DNA of 64,000 nucleotides from Patescibacteria group bacterium (GTDB taxonomy: Bacteria; Patescibacteriota; Patescibacteriia; Patescibacteriales; XYC2-FULL-47-12): NCBI GenBank assembly GCA_041652935.1, contig JBAZGH010000001.1, positions 7,393-71,392 on the forward strand, written 5' to 3'. Below are positions 8,600-19,375 of the stretch, piece by piece; position 1 is the stretch's first letter, and the number at the start of each line of letters is the position of its first letter. Under the pieces are notes generated by a model that was not told the DNA's origin, did not search any database, and saw only the letters and a program-made list of their open reading frames with translations. The translations under genes and the position numbers were made by a program.

Positions 8600-10044
8600 T
8601 TTATATGAAGATATTTGTAATTTGGCCATTTAAAGAATCGGAAATATCCATTTTATTTTCAGAACTAGAAAAAAATGGTCATGAAGTTGTGTATTGGGTG
8701 GGTCTTAAAGAGGGCGAGAAATATAAACCTACCGGAGCTGTTTTTCATGATCATAATGACGCCTGGGTTGGATTGCCGTCCAAAGAAGTGGATGCTTCTT
8801 CTTTTGTGCCGCCGGACGAGGAATTATTAAAAAAGCTTCATAAGACTGAGTCGTATCTTTTAACTATGATGAATAAGCGATATTATTATATGTCAGTAGA
8901 TGAACGTAAACATTTTTATTATAATATGTTGCAGTACTGGAAAGGTGTAATTGACAAATACAAACCTGATTTAATTATTTTTCCAACCATACCCCATACT
9001 GTCTATAATTATTTAATTTATGAATTAGCCATACTGTTTAATATTAAGACAGTCATGTTTGAGGATATCCAGGTAGGAGAAAGAATATTATTATATAATA
9101 TTTGGGAAGAGGGTTGTTTGGATTTGAAAAAAAAATTAATTATGAATAAAGATAAAATATTTTTATTAACAGATTTAAGTAGTGATTTACAAGAATATTT
9201 TAATTTACAGACTAAAGACGGAAGAGGCGATGCCACTCCTCCTTATATGTCGCATTATAAAAAGGTTTATACCGGCGTTAATTTTTTTAGGCATAAATTC
9301 AAGATTATTATTAATGCCATTAAAAATGGATCAATTTTAAAAAGAGTTTTAGATTTTATAGTCAAAATTAAAAAAAATCCACAAAAAGAATACAATAAAT
9401 TACAAATAAAGCCTGACTACAGCAAGAGCTTTGTTTATATTGCTCTTTGTTATCAACCTGAGCGCACTACTAGTCCACAAGGAGGAGTATTTGTGGATCA
9501 AATACTAATGATAGAAACACTATCTGCTGCGTTACCAGAGGGTTGGGTATTATATGTAAAAGAACATCCATCGCAAATGTGGCTTAATGGCTTGAACTAT
9601 TCTAGTTGTCGCTATGAAGGATATTACAAGAGGATTGCGCAGTTAAAAAATACTCATATTATTCCTGTGGAAACTAATTCATTTGAATTAATAAAAAAAT
9701 CTCAAGCAGTAGCGACAGTTACTGGGACAGTTGGCTGGGAAGCGGCTCTTCGGATGAAGCCAGCAATTATTTTCGGTTATGCGTGGTACCATGATTGTCC
9801 GGGAATATTTAGAGTTAATAGCGCCCAGACTTGCCGCCAAGTTTTTTCGGATATAACTAATGGATTTTCTATTAGAAAGCAAGATATTATAAATTACCTT
9901 AAGAGCATAGATAATGTTGCGGTCAATAGCCAAATAGATAGAATTTCAGGTTCGATATTACGGCCATCAAAATTATCGAATTCAGAAATGATGACTAATA
10001 TTACAAAAGCAATTATTAAAAATATAAAAAAAATTATTAATTAA
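8596..10044 (+). CDS. Putative GT-B-type transferase, either TagF/TagB-like CDP-alcohol phosphotransferase or sialyltransferase-like
   Basis: 482 aa. CYQPERT resembles the LYAPTWR motif and VKEHPSQ resembles the K-x-HP motif of TagF-family and GT-B sialyltransferases. The assignment rests on motifs only. Confidence 0.35.
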   Translation: MIYMKIFVIWPFKESEISILFSELEKNGHEVVYWVGLKEGEKYKPTGAVFHDHNDAWVGLPSKEVDASSFVPPDEELLKKLHKTESYLLTMMNKRYYYMSVDERKHFYYNMLQYWKGVIDKYKPDLIIFPTIPHTVYNYLIYELAILFNIKTVMFEDIQVGERILLYNIWEEGCLDLKKKLIMNKDKIFLLTDLSSDLQEYFNLQTKDGRGDATPPYMSHYKKVYTGVNFFRHKFKIIINAIKNGSILKRVLDFIVKIKKNPQKEYNKLQIKPDYSKSFVYIALCYQPERTTSPQGGVFVDQILMIETLSAALPEGWVLYVKEHPSQMWLNGLNYSSCRYEGYYKRIAQLKNTHIIPVETNSFELIKKSQAVATVTGTVGWEAALRMKPAIIFGYAWYHDCPGIFRVNSAQTCRQVFSDITNGFSIRKQDIINYLKSIDNVAVNSQIDRISGSILRPSKLSNSEMMTNITKAIIKNIKKIIN

Positions 10045-10052
10045 AATTTTAT

Positions 10053-11048
10053 ATGTTAGATTTTTTAAAAGATAAAACTATTTTAGTAACCGGAGGAACT
10101 GGCTCTTTTGGCAAAAATTTTGTTAAGTATTTATTAAAAAATTCTGAGGTAAAAAAAATTATTATTTTTAGTCGTGATGAATTAAAACAATCACAAATGC
10201 AGGCGGAATTAAATAGAGATGATATATTGCGTTTTTTTGTTGGTGATGTGCGTGATTTAGGGCGTTTACAAAGAGCGTTCCGTGGCGTGGATATTATCAT
10301 CCATGCCGCCGCGCTTAAACAAGTGCCGACTTTAGAATATAATCCATTTGAAGCTGTTAAAACAAATATTCTTGGAAGTCAAAATGTTATTGATGCCGCC
10401 ATAGATCAAAAAGTGGAAAAAGTAATATTAATATCCACAGATAAGGCGGCCCAGCCAGCTAATTTATATGGATCCACCAAGCATTGCGCGGAAAGGCTAT
10501 TCGTTAGTGGTAATTCTTATGCCAACAGACAAACTAAATTTTCCTGCGTGCGTTATGGCAACGTAATCGGTAGCCGCGGAAGTATTATTGAAACTTTATT
10601 AAAAAAGGCTTCGCAAGAAAAAATATCAATTACCGATGAGCGGATGACTAGATTTTGGATTACGCTTGAGCAGAGTTTTGAATTAGTAATATTTGCCTTA
10701 GCTAATATGGGGGGTGGAGAAATTTTTATTCCCAAAATACCAAGTATGAAATTAGTAGATATTTTTGACTCCATTGCGCCGAATGCGAGAAGAGAAATTA
10801 TTGGTATTCGACCGGGGGAAAAATTACATGAAGTTTTACTGACATTAGAAGAAGCCAGGCATGCGGTCGATTTTGGGGAGGTTTTTATTATTTTACCTGA
10901 ATATAATTTTTTTAATGTTGGCATGTTTGATAAATACTTTAAAACAGGAAAAGAATTAGATTTAAACTTTATTTATGCCAGTGACAATAATAATAATTGG
11001 TTGACTAAGGATGAATTAATAAAAATTATTAATAATCAATCTAAATGA
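10053..11048 (+). CDS. pseB: UDP-GlcNAc 4,6-dehydratase (PseB/FlaA1-type)
   Basis: 331 aa. ILVTGGTGSFGKNFVKYLL is the canonical PseB N-terminus. It is a paralogue of the 5737 gene. Confidence 0.8.
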   Translation: MLDFLKDKTILVTGGTGSFGKNFVKYLLKNSEVKKIIIFSRDELKQSQMQAELNRDDILRFFVGDVRDLGRLQRAFRGVDIIIHAAALKQVPTLEYNPFEAVKTNILGSQNVIDAAIDQKVEKVILISTDKAAQPANLYGSTKHCAERLFVSGNSYANRQTKFSCVRYGNVIGSRGSIIETLLKKASQEKISITDERMTRFWITLEQSFELVIFALANMGGGEIFIPKIPSMKLVDIFDSIAPNARREIIGIRPGEKLHEVLLTLEEARHAVDFGEVFIILPEYNFFNVGMFDKYFKTGKELDLNFIYASDNNNNWLTKDELIKIINNQSK

Positions 11049-12157
11049 TACCCTATGGACGCCAAAATTTAAATAAAGATGATATTGATTTAGTAGTTAA
11101 AGCATTAAAATCAGATTGGCTTACACAAGGCCCGAAAATTTTAGAATTTGAGAAAGCGCTAGCTAAATATTGCGGAGCTAAATACGCAGCAACTGTTTCT
11201 AGCGGGACAGCCGCACTACACCTAGCTTATTTAACAGCTGATTTTAAAAAGGGAGATGAAGTAATAACTACACCAAATACTTTTGTAGCTACATCAAATA
11301 TGCTGTTAGCCGTTCATGTTAAGCCGGTATTTTGTGATATTAGAGAAGATACTTATAATATTGATGAAAGTAAAATAGAAAAATTAATTACTAGTAAGAC
11401 AAAAGCGATTGTTCCAGTTCATTTTGCTGGACATTCTTGCGAGATGAGAAAAATAAAAAAAATTGCTAAAAAATATAATTTAATAATTATCGAGGACGCC
11501 TGTCATGCGTTAGGTGGAAAATATAAAAATATAAAAATTGGTAGTTGCAAATTTTCTGATATGGCGGTTTTTAGTTTTCATGCTGTAAAACCCATTACCA
11601 CGGGAGAGGGCGGAGCAATCTTAACTAATAACAAGAAATATTATGAAAAATTAATTTCTTTGCGCAGCCATGGAATTCATAAAGATAAAAATGGTAAAAA
11701 TATCATGACAGCGTTAGGATATAATTATCGAATTACCGATTTTCAAGCCGCCCTAGGTATAAATCAACTAAAAAAATTAGATTTTTTTATAAAAAAAAGA
11801 AAAGAAGTTGCGGCATGGTACAAAAAAGAATTAAGTGTATTAAAAGAAATTATTTTGCCGCAAGAAAAAAAAGATTGTTATAGCGGTTGGCATATTTATG
11901 TCATTAGAGTAAAAAATAAAAAAAATAAAGATGGCTTAATGAAATATTTAAGACAAAATGGCATAGGGGTTAATTTTCATTATCCGGCGGTTTACACCCA
12001 CCCCTATTACCAAAAAATAGGCTATCAAAATCTGCGTTTAAAATGCGTGGAAGAATATAACAATACCTGCGTCACCTTGCCTTGCCATACTCTATTGTCA
12101 AGAAAAGATATAGGGTACATAGGGGAATTAGTTAAAAATTATTTTAAAATTAAATAA
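11045..12157 (+). CDS. pseC: DegT-family aminotransferase (PseC-type UDP-4-amino-4,6-dideoxy-sugar aminotransferase)
   Basis: 370 aa. It is a paralogue of the 4617 gene and has the same DegT motifs. Confidence 0.8.
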   Translation: MIPYGRQNLNKDDIDLVVKALKSDWLTQGPKILEFEKALAKYCGAKYAATVSSGTAALHLAYLTADFKKGDEVITTPNTFVATSNMLLAVHVKPVFCDIREDTYNIDESKIEKLITSKTKAIVPVHFAGHSCEMRKIKKIAKKYNLIIIEDACHALGGKYKNIKIGSCKFSDMAVFSFHAVKPITTGEGGAILTNNKKYYEKLISLRSHGIHKDKNGKNIMTALGYNYRITDFQAALGINQLKKLDFFIKKRKEVAAWYKKELSVLKEIILPQEKKDCYSGWHIYVIRVKNKKNKDGLMKYLRQNGIGVNFHYPAVYTHPYYQKIGYQNLRLKCVEEYNNTCVTLPCHTLLSRKDIGYIGELVKNYFKIK

Positions 12158-12164
12158 ATTTATT

Positions 12165-13166
12165 ATGGATTATAATATTAAAAAAGAAATAAATCAATTT
12201 ATTTATAAATACCAAAAAGAAGATGTTAATGAGAAGTTGGGAAAAATTTTAGGGGATGATTTTAAAAAATATCGGAATGATTTTAATAAAACTCAGAATT
12301 ACCATGAAACAAAATTTATACCTGATTTTCCCATAACGATTTCATTAGAATTGGTCAATAGATGTAATTTGGATTGCATAATGTGTCTAGAAAATCAACA
12401 TACTCAGCCAAAATCACAACTAAGTTTAGATGATATAAAAAGGATTTTAGATGAAAGCCAGAAAAATAATATGCCATCTATTGAACTAGGACTAGGGTCG
12501 GAGGTGATGATGTATAAAGATATTCAGGAAGTAGTTATGCTTGTTAAAAAAGCTGGTATTTTAGATGTATTTTTTAGCACTAACGGCATATTATTAAATG
12601 ACGAAATAATTCGAGCAATTATTGATAATAAAATTACCCGAATAAAAATATCATTAGACGCCGCTACTGAAGAAACTTATAAAAAAATAAGGCGTAGAGC
12701 CCCCTCATTAAAAATAACTGAAGACAATATTAAAAAAATAATCGCTTGGAAAAAGAAGAAAAATAGTCCGATTCCTGTAATTCGCCTTAGTTTTATAATA
12801 ATGGATATTAATAAGCATGAAATAAAACAGTTTATAGATAAATGGAAAGACGAAGTTGATTATATAGATTTCCAAAAACTCATTGATTTTTCACATGTTG
12901 GTAAAACGGTGTTACTTGATGAAGTTAAACAAGAAGTAATTAAAGATTCTTTTTGCGCCTATCCTTTCTATAGCTTAAATATTTGGGCTAATGGAGATGT
13001 AAGCCCGTGTTGCACTTTTTATGGAAAGGACTTGATTATGGGGAATATTCATCAGCAAACCCTGAAAGAAATATGGAATAGTAAAAAAATGAAATTAATT
13101 CGTGAACAGCTTTATTCTAAAAAATTCAATCCAATTTGTCAAAAATGTTTATATTTTAGAGATTAA
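12165..13166 (+). CDS. Radical SAM protein with a C-terminal SPASM/twitch cysteine cluster
   Basis: 333 aa. CNLDCIMC is a CX3CX2C motif. The C-terminus carries C...CC...CQKC. Confidence 0.7.
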   Translation: MDYNIKKEINQFIYKYQKEDVNEKLGKILGDDFKKYRNDFNKTQNYHETKFIPDFPITISLELVNRCNLDCIMCLENQHTQPKSQLSLDDIKRILDESQKNNMPSIELGLGSEVMMYKDIQEVVMLVKKAGILDVFFSTNGILLNDEIIRAIIDNKITRIKISLDAATEETYKKIRRRAPSLKITEDNIKKIIAWKKKKNSPIPVIRLSFIIMDINKHEIKQFIDKWKDEVDYIDFQKLIDFSHVGKTVLLDEVKQEVIKDSFCAYPFYSLNIWANGDVSPCCTFYGKDLIMGNIHQQTLKEIWNSKKMKLIREQLYSKKFNPICQKCLYFRD

Positions 13167-13218
13167 AATTAATAGATGGTAGTTTTTAAACTAAAAATTT
13201 AATTGTAAAATAAGCACT

Positions 13219-14160
13219 ATGAATATATTAATAGTTGGTTTTGGCTCAATTGGACAAAGGCATTATAAAAATTTATTAATGCTGGGTTTTAAAGATATCT
13301 ATATTTACGACACCGATAGCGCAAAAATTAATAATAAAAATTTCAAAGTAATAAAGAAATTTGATAAAAAAAGTTTAGAAATATTTGACATAGCCTTTAT
13401 CTGTAACCCCAATAATAAGCACATTAATTCAGCGATTAAATGCGCGGAAGCAGGCTGTCATTTATTTATTGAAAAACCTCTTTCGCATACTTTGCAAGAT
13501 ATTGATAAACTACAAAAAATTTGTCAGAGTAAAAAACTAATAACTATGATTGGTTGTAATATGCGTTTTCATCCGTGTTTAAAATTTATCAAAAATTATT
13601 TAAATAAAAATAAATTGGGTAAAATATACAGCGTCCATCATGAATTCGGCCATTATTTGCCATATTGGCGAGTTGGGCAGGATTATCGTAAAAATTATGC
13701 CGTTAAAAAATCTACCGGTGGCGGAATTATTTTAGACGATATACACGAATTTGATTTATTATTTTGGTTTAACGATTTTAAAAAAATAAAAAATTCAAAA
13801 TTTATTTATAATAAATTAAGTAATCTAGAAATTAAAACAGAGGATTTCTGTTTAGCTGTTTTTCAATTTACTAATAAAATTATTGGCTCTGTACAATGTG
13901 ATTATTTACAACAAAATTATACTAGAAATTGTAAAATTATAGGCGTTAAGGGAAATTTAGAGTGGGACTTCAATGAAAATGTTGTTTGGTTAAAAAACAA
14001 ACAAAATGAGAAAAAATTATTTGCGGTTGATAATTTTAATTTTAATAAAGTTTATTTAGAAGAAATAAAATATTTTTTTAGTTGTATTTCTAAGAAAAAA
14101 GAAACTTTTAATGATACAAAAATTGCTTATGGAGTCTTGAAGTATTGTATAAATAGATAA
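13219..14160 (+). CDS. Gfo/Idh/MocA-family NAD(P)-dependent oxidoreductase
   Basis: 313 aa. The N-terminal ILIVGFGSIGQRH is a Rossmann motif, followed by an EKP motif. Confidence 0.7.
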   Translation: MNILIVGFGSIGQRHYKNLLMLGFKDIYIYDTDSAKINNKNFKVIKKFDKKSLEIFDIAFICNPNNKHINSAIKCAEAGCHLFIEKPLSHTLQDIDKLQKICQSKKLITMIGCNMRFHPCLKFIKNYLNKNKLGKIYSVHHEFGHYLPYWRVGQDYRKNYAVKKSTGGGIILDDIHEFDLLFWFNDFKKIKNSKFIYNKLSNLEIKTEDFCLAVFQFTNKIIGSVQCDYLQQNYTRNCKIIGVKGNLEWDFNENVVWLKNKQNEKKLFAVDNFNFNKVYLEEIKYFFSCISKKKETFNDTKIAYGVLKYCINR

Positions 14161-14163
14161 AAT

Positions 14164-14955
14164 ATGAAAAAAAATAAACAAAAAAACCTATGCATAATCC
14201 AAGCCCGTTATGGATCGACTCGTTTACCGGGCAAAGTTTTAAAGAAGGTTGATGGGCTTACTTTACTTGAATATGAAATAATTAGAGTTAAGCAGGCGAA
14301 AAAAATTGATAAAATTGTCATAGCAACCACTAAAAATAAATCCGACAAGAAAATTGAAGAATTATGCCAAAGAATAAAAATAGATTGTTTTTGCGGTTCA
14401 GAAAATGACGTATTAGATCGTTACTATCAATGTTCCTTGGAATACCCCGAATATAAAAATGTTATTCGGATTACTGGAGATTGTCCATTAATTGATCCGG
14501 TGATAATTGATAAAGTCATTAGTTTTTTTACCAAGAGAAAGCTTGATTATACTAGTAATATTGAGTTAGATACTTTTCCTGACGGTATGGATGTAGAAAT
14601 TTTTAAAAAAGACATTTTAATTGAAACTGCTAAAAGAGCTAAATTACCCTCAGAACGAGAACATGTTACTTATTATATCCGAAAAAATAAAAAATATAAA
14701 AAAGGAAATTTAACCGCGTGTAATAACTGGTCTCATTTTCGCTTAACAGTCGATGAACCAATTGATTTTGAGGTTATAAAATTTTTAATTAAAAATAGTA
14801 AAATTACTGATGGATACTTAGATTATATCTCGCTTTTAACTAAGAATCCAAAAGTAATGCTTAGTAATATTAATATTATTAGAAATGAGTGGAAATTAAA
14901 AGCTTTAAAAGAAGACGGAGAATTTAAAAAACAATATGCCAAAAAAATTCACTAA
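14164..14955 (+). CDS. CMP-sugar cytidylyltransferase (SpsF/PseF-like)
   Basis: 263 aa. CIIQARYGSTRLPGKVL is the SpsF/PseF-type motif. Confidence 0.75.
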   Translation: MKKNKQKNLCIIQARYGSTRLPGKVLKKVDGLTLLEYEIIRVKQAKKIDKIVIATTKNKSDKKIEELCQRIKIDCFCGSENDVLDRYYQCSLEYPEYKNVIRITGDCPLIDPVIIDKVISFFTKRKLDYTSNIELDTFPDGMDVEIFKKDILIETAKRAKLPSEREHVTYYIRKNKKYKKGNLTACNNWSHFRLTVDEPIDFEVIKFLIKNSKITDGYLDYISLLTKNPKVMLSNINIIRNEWKLKALKEDGEFKKQYAKKIH

Positions 14956-16225
14956 AAGTCAACAATTATTTAATAAAACTAGCAAAAGTATACCTCTTGC
15001 TTCGCAAACTTTTTCCAAAAGTTATTTGCAATATGTGAGAGGGCAGGCACCTTTATTTATCACACATGGCAGTGGTTCTCACGTTTGGGATGTTGACGGC
15101 AACAAATATGTGGATATGATAAACGGCTTATTGCCAGTAATTTTAGGATATCAATATAAAGCAGTTGATGATGCGATAAAAAATCAGCTAAATAAAGGAA
15201 TAATTTTTTCTCTGCCGTCCCCATTAGAATGTGAATTAGCTAGAATTTTGATTAAGCATATCCCTTGCGCTGAGATGGTCCGTTTTGGCAAAAACGGCTC
15301 CGATGTTACTTCTGGCGCAGTAAGGTTGGCACGGGCAATAACAGGTCGCAGTCATATTGCTTGTTGCGGTTATCATGGTTGGCATGATTGGTATATAGGG
15401 ACTACTGTTAGAAATTTAGGTGTGCCGAAAGAAACACAAAAATTGACCCATAGTTTTAAATATAATGATGTGGATTCTTTAAAAGAAGTTTTTAGAAAAA
15501 ATAAGAATAGAATTGCAGCTGTAATTATGGAACCGATGAACTATGTTGATTTACGGCCTGGATTTTTACAGCAGGTAAAGAAAATAACGCACGACAAAGG
15601 CGCCTTATTGATTTTTGATGAAATTATAACCGGTTTCAGGTATGATTTGGGGGGAGCGCAAAAATTATTCAGAATAACTCCAGATTTAGCAACTTTTGGG
15701 AAGGCAATGGCAAATGGCATGCCAATTGCCGCATTGGTCGGCAAAAAAAAATATATGAAACACGCTGAAGATATCTTTTACTCGTTTACTATGGGGGGCG
15801 AGGCATTATCTTTGGCAGCGGCAATAGCAACTATTAAAGAACTTGAACAGAAAAAAGTTATAAAGTATATTTGGAAACTTGGGAAATATTTGCAGGATAA
15901 TACCAATAATTTTTTGAAAGAAAATAAATTAGATGAGATTATAAAGGTGCGGGGAAAACCTTGTTGGCAGGTATTTATTATCAAGCCATCAGGAAAATTT
16001 AGCGATCTGGAAATAAAAAGCTACTTGCAGCAGGAAATACTACAGGCAGGATTTTTATGGTATGGACAGCATAATATGAGTTTCAGCCATACAAAAAAAG
16101 ATATGGACAGATTATTAGGAGTTTATAAAAAAGTATTTAAAAATTTAAAGGGGTTAATTGATAGTGGAAGATTAAGGGGGGAATTGAGAGGGCAACCGAT
16201 AACTAATATTTTTAAGGTTAGGTAA
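14936..16225 (+). CDS. Class-III PLP aminotransferase (glutamate-1-semialdehyde aminomutase-like)
   Basis: 429 aa. It has the AT-III fold motifs, including FDEIITGFR and a lysine region. Confidence 0.7.
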   Translation: MPKKFTKSQQLFNKTSKSIPLASQTFSKSYLQYVRGQAPLFITHGSGSHVWDVDGNKYVDMINGLLPVILGYQYKAVDDAIKNQLNKGIIFSLPSPLECELARILIKHIPCAEMVRFGKNGSDVTSGAVRLARAITGRSHIACCGYHGWHDWYIGTTVRNLGVPKETQKLTHSFKYNDVDSLKEVFRKNKNRIAAVIMEPMNYVDLRPGFLQQVKKITHDKGALLIFDEIITGFRYDLGGAQKLFRITPDLATFGKAMANGMPIAALVGKKKYMKHAEDIFYSFTMGGEALSLAAAIATIKELEQKKVIKYIWKLGKYLQDNTNNFLKENKLDEIIKVRGKPCWQVFIIKPSGKFSDLEIKSYLQQEILQAGFLWYGQHNMSFSHTKKDMDRLLGVYKKVFKNLKGLIDSGRLRGELRGQPITNIFKVR

Positions 16226-16226
16226 T

Positions 16227-16838
16227 ATGAATTCAACTAAGGTGTTATTTATTTTAGGTGGTGGATTAGTAAAAAAAGATAATAAATGGAGAACTACCAA
16301 TTTCAAGGAAGGAGATAAATTTGGCGCTTCAGGCGATAGGTTAAGGGTGGTGGCTGGAAGCTGTTTATATAAAAATAATTCAGAATATTTAATAATAACA
16401 TCAGGCGGCAAGGGGCAATATAAAAACGTTCCAAATTCTCTAACTGTAGCCGAGGTAATGAGACGAGAATTATTAGAGCTAGGCGTATTAGAGGAGACAA
16501 TAATAAAGGAAGAGGAATCTAGCAATACTTGGGAGCAATTACAACAGTTAAAAAAGATTATTCAAAAAGAAAATTTTATTAAAATAAAAATTCTTTCCAG
16601 TAGATATCATTTACCACGTGTGCGGGCGATGATTGAAGTTGATGGCAGATTAAATGAAATATTTAAAAAAGAAGTATTAGAATTAGTTTCTGCTGAAGAA
16701 ATTTTAATTAAACACAATGAAAATAAGTGGAAGAATTTTATTGAAAAAGCATATTCAAGCGAGGCTATGAAAAAAAGAATTACTTTAGAAAAACAGGGGA
16801 TTAAACAAATTAAAAACGGTACTTATAGTTTAAAATAA
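16227..16838 (+). CDS. DUF218 (YdcF/SanA/ElyC-like) domain protein
   Basis: 203 aa. The stretch ILGGG...ITSGGKG...SRYHLPR is typical of DUF218. Confidence 0.55.
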   Translation: MNSTKVLFILGGGLVKKDNKWRTTNFKEGDKFGASGDRLRVVAGSCLYKNNSEYLIITSGGKGQYKNVPNSLTVAEVMRRELLELGVLEETIIKEEESSNTWEQLQQLKKIIQKENFIKIKILSSRYHLPRVRAMIEVDGRLNEIFKKEVLELVSAEEILIKHNENKWKNFIEKAYSSEAMKKRITLEKQGIKQIKNGTYSLK

Positions 16839-16840
16839 TT

Positions 16841-17905
16841 ATGAAATATATTGAAATTAAAACTCCTAAAGGAAAAAGAAAAATTGGTCCAGGCCAGCCA
16901 GTATTTATAATCGCTGAAATGTCCGGTAATCACAACCAATCTTTTGCGCGCGCCAAGAAAATAATTGATGCCGCGGTTGACGCTGGAGTTGATGCAATAA
17001 AGCTGCAAACTTATACCGCCGATACAATGACGATAGATTGCGATAAAAAATATTTCCAAGTAAAAGTTAATGACGCGTGGAAAGGGCAAAGTTTATATCA
17101 ATTATATAAAAAAGCTTACACGCCATGGAAGTGGCAACCAAAATTAAAAAAATATGCGGAAAGTAAGGGTTTAGTTTGTTTTTCTACTCCTTTTGATGAA
17201 ACTGCAGTTGATTTTTTGGAAAAGATGAACGTACAACTTTATAAAATTGCCTCATTTGAAGTAGTTGATATTCCATTACTTAAAAAAATTGGAAAAACTA
17301 GAAAGCCAGTAATTATGTCACGTGGCATGGCTTCAATTGAAGAAATTAAGCTGGCGGTTAAGACGCTGAAAGATAATGGCGCGCCACATGTCGCAGTTCT
17401 CCATTGTGTAAGTTCATATCCAGCTAAATCGGAACAAATGAACTTAGCTACTATTCCAGATATTACTAAAAAGTTTAAAGTAATATCCGGTTTATCTGAT
17501 CATACCTTAGGAATCGTTGCATCCTTAATTTCCGTAGCTTTAGGCGCCTGCATCATTGAAAAACATTTTACTTTACGTAGGTCTGACGGAGGTCCAGACG
17601 CTAATTTTTCTTTAGAGCCGAATGAATTAAAAGAATTAGTTAAAAATGTGAGAGAATCAGAAAAAGCTATTGGTAAGCCAAATTATGTAATCAAAGGATC
17701 AGATGAGCAAAAAATGAGAAATTATCGAAGATCTCTCTTTGTTGTTAAGGAAATTAAGAAAGGAAATTTAATAACTTATGAAAATGTCAAATCAATTCGT
17801 CCTAGTTATGGACTGCCACCTAAGTATTTAGACAAAGTTATTAAGAAAAGAGCTAGCAAGGATTTAAGTATTGGCACCCCCTTATCTTTTAATTTAATAA
17901 AATAA
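16841..17905 (+). CDS. Pseudaminic/N-acetylneuraminic acid synthase family (NeuB/PseI-like)
   Basis: 354 aa. IIAEMSGNHNQSFARAKKIIDAAVDAGVDAIKLQTY is a NeuB signature. This is the second copy in the locus. Confidence 0.8.
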   Translation: MKYIEIKTPKGKRKIGPGQPVFIIAEMSGNHNQSFARAKKIIDAAVDAGVDAIKLQTYTADTMTIDCDKKYFQVKVNDAWKGQSLYQLYKKAYTPWKWQPKLKKYAESKGLVCFSTPFDETAVDFLEKMNVQLYKIASFEVVDIPLLKKIGKTRKPVIMSRGMASIEEIKLAVKTLKDNGAPHVAVLHCVSSYPAKSEQMNLATIPDITKKFKVISGLSDHTLGIVASLISVALGACIIEKHFTLRRSDGGPDANFSLEPNELKELVKNVRESEKAIGKPNYVIKGSDEQKMRNYRRSLFVVKEIKKGNLITYENVKSIRPSYGLPPKYLDKVIKKRASKDLSIGTPLSFNLIK

Positions 17906-17911
17906 AATTAA

Positions 17912-18700
17912 ATGTCAGAAAAAAAAGTAAAAAAAATTCATAATTTTTGGAATGAACGCGCCAAAGAGCATAAAACAAGTTATTTAGCTACAGTACCAGA
18001 TAAATTCTTAAAAGAATTAGAGATTAAAAATATTTTGAAATATATTCCTAAGAAAAAAATTAAAGTCGTTGATATTGGTTGTGGTAATGGATTTTCTACT
18101 ATTGCTTTTGCCAAAGAAAGACAAGCTGATTTTTTAGGAGTTGATTATTCAGAAAATATGATTGAGCAGGCTCAAAAAATATTACTTCAACGCAAAAAAA
18201 AAATCAAAGGAAAGGTACGATTTATATCGGGTAATATTTTAAATTTAAATTTTTTATCGCCAGCTACTCATGATATTGTATCAACCGATCGTTGTTTAAT
18301 AAATTTAGTCTCTTTATCAGATCAAAAAAAAGCAATTAAGGAAATATCAAGAGTATTAAAAAAGGGCGGTAAGTATATAATGTGCGAAGATACCAAGGAA
18401 GGATTAAGGAAACTTAATGAATTACGTATTTTGGCTGGTCTTGAAGCTATTCCTAATCATTGGCATAATTTATACTTAAATGAAAAAGAATTGCTACCAT
18501 ATATAGAAAGATATTTTAAAATTATTAAAATTGATAATTTTTCCAGCTTATATTATATTGCTTCCCGTATTTTCAATGCCGTATCAGCAATAGATATAAA
18601 AACCCCCAATTATTTAAGCGTTATTAATAAAACAGCTACTAAACTGCCTTCAATTGGAGATTATTCACCTTTAAAAATATTTTATTTAGAGAAAAAATAA
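17912..18700 (+). CDS. Class I SAM-dependent methyltransferase
   Basis: 262 aa. Motif I is VVDIGCGNGFST. Confidence 0.7.
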   Translation: MSEKKVKKIHNFWNERAKEHKTSYLATVPDKFLKELEIKNILKYIPKKKIKVVDIGCGNGFSTIAFAKERQADFLGVDYSENMIEQAQKILLQRKKKIKGKVRFISGNILNLNFLSPATHDIVSTDRCLINLVSLSDQKKAIKEISRVLKKGGKYIMCEDTKEGLRKLNELRILAGLEAIPNHWHNLYLNEKELLPYIERYFKIIKIDNFSSLYYIASRIFNAVSAIDIKTPNYLSVINKTATKLPSIGDYSPLKIFYLEKK

Positions 18701-18703
18701 TAC

Positions 18704-19375
18704 ATGAATTATGTTATTGCCAGTATAAAATCATGGAATGAAGATAATTATAAAATTTTTTTTGATAAGAGTAAAAATTTTTATTTGATAACTAATAAAA
18801 AAGATTTAACATTTGCTAAATTAAAAAAAATAAATCCTAAATATATTTTTATTCCACATTGGTCTTGGATAATACCGGAAAGTATCTGGAGTAATTTTAA
18901 TTGCGTAGTTTTTCATATGACTGATTTGCCATATGGGCGCGGTGGCACTCCCTTGCAAAATTTAATTTTGCGTGGTCATAAAACCACAAAAATATCAGCT
19001 ATTAAAGTTAACAGAGGGATTGACACGGGAAATATTTATTTGAAAGAAAGTTTAAGCTTAAATGGAAGCGCTGAAGAGATTTATCAACGTGCATCAAAGA
19101 TTATTTTTAATAAAATGATTCCTAAAATTATAAAAAATAATCCAATTCCAAAGAAACAATGCGGAAAAATTGTAAAATTTAATCGCAGAAAACCAGGACA
19201 AAGCGAGATTTCCTCAGGCATGAATTTAAAAAAAGTTTATGATCAAATTAGGATGTTGGATGCGGAAGATTACCCCAGAGCATATTTAAAGACTAAAAAA
19301 TTGAAATTTAATTTTTCTAAAGCTCAATTAAAAAATAAAAAATTAATTGCTAATGTTGAAATATATGAAGAATAA
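18704..19375 (+). CDS. Formyltransferase-family protein (sugar N-formyltransferase-like, Fmt N-domain)
   Basis: 223 aa. FHMTDLPYGRGGTPLQNLIL resembles the H-x-S-L-L-P-x-x-R-G catalytic motif of formyl transferases. Confidence 0.6.
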   Translation: MNYVIASIKSWNEDNYKIFFDKSKNFYLITNKKDLTFAKLKKINPKYIFIPHWSWIIPESIWSNFNCVVFHMTDLPYGRGGTPLQNLILRGHKTTKISAIKVNRGIDTGNIYLKESLSLNGSAEEIYQRASKIIFNKMIPKIIKNNPIPKKQCGKIVKFNRRKPGQSEISSGMNLKKVYDQIRMLDAEDYPRAYLKTKKLKFNFSKAQLKNKKLIANVEIYEE

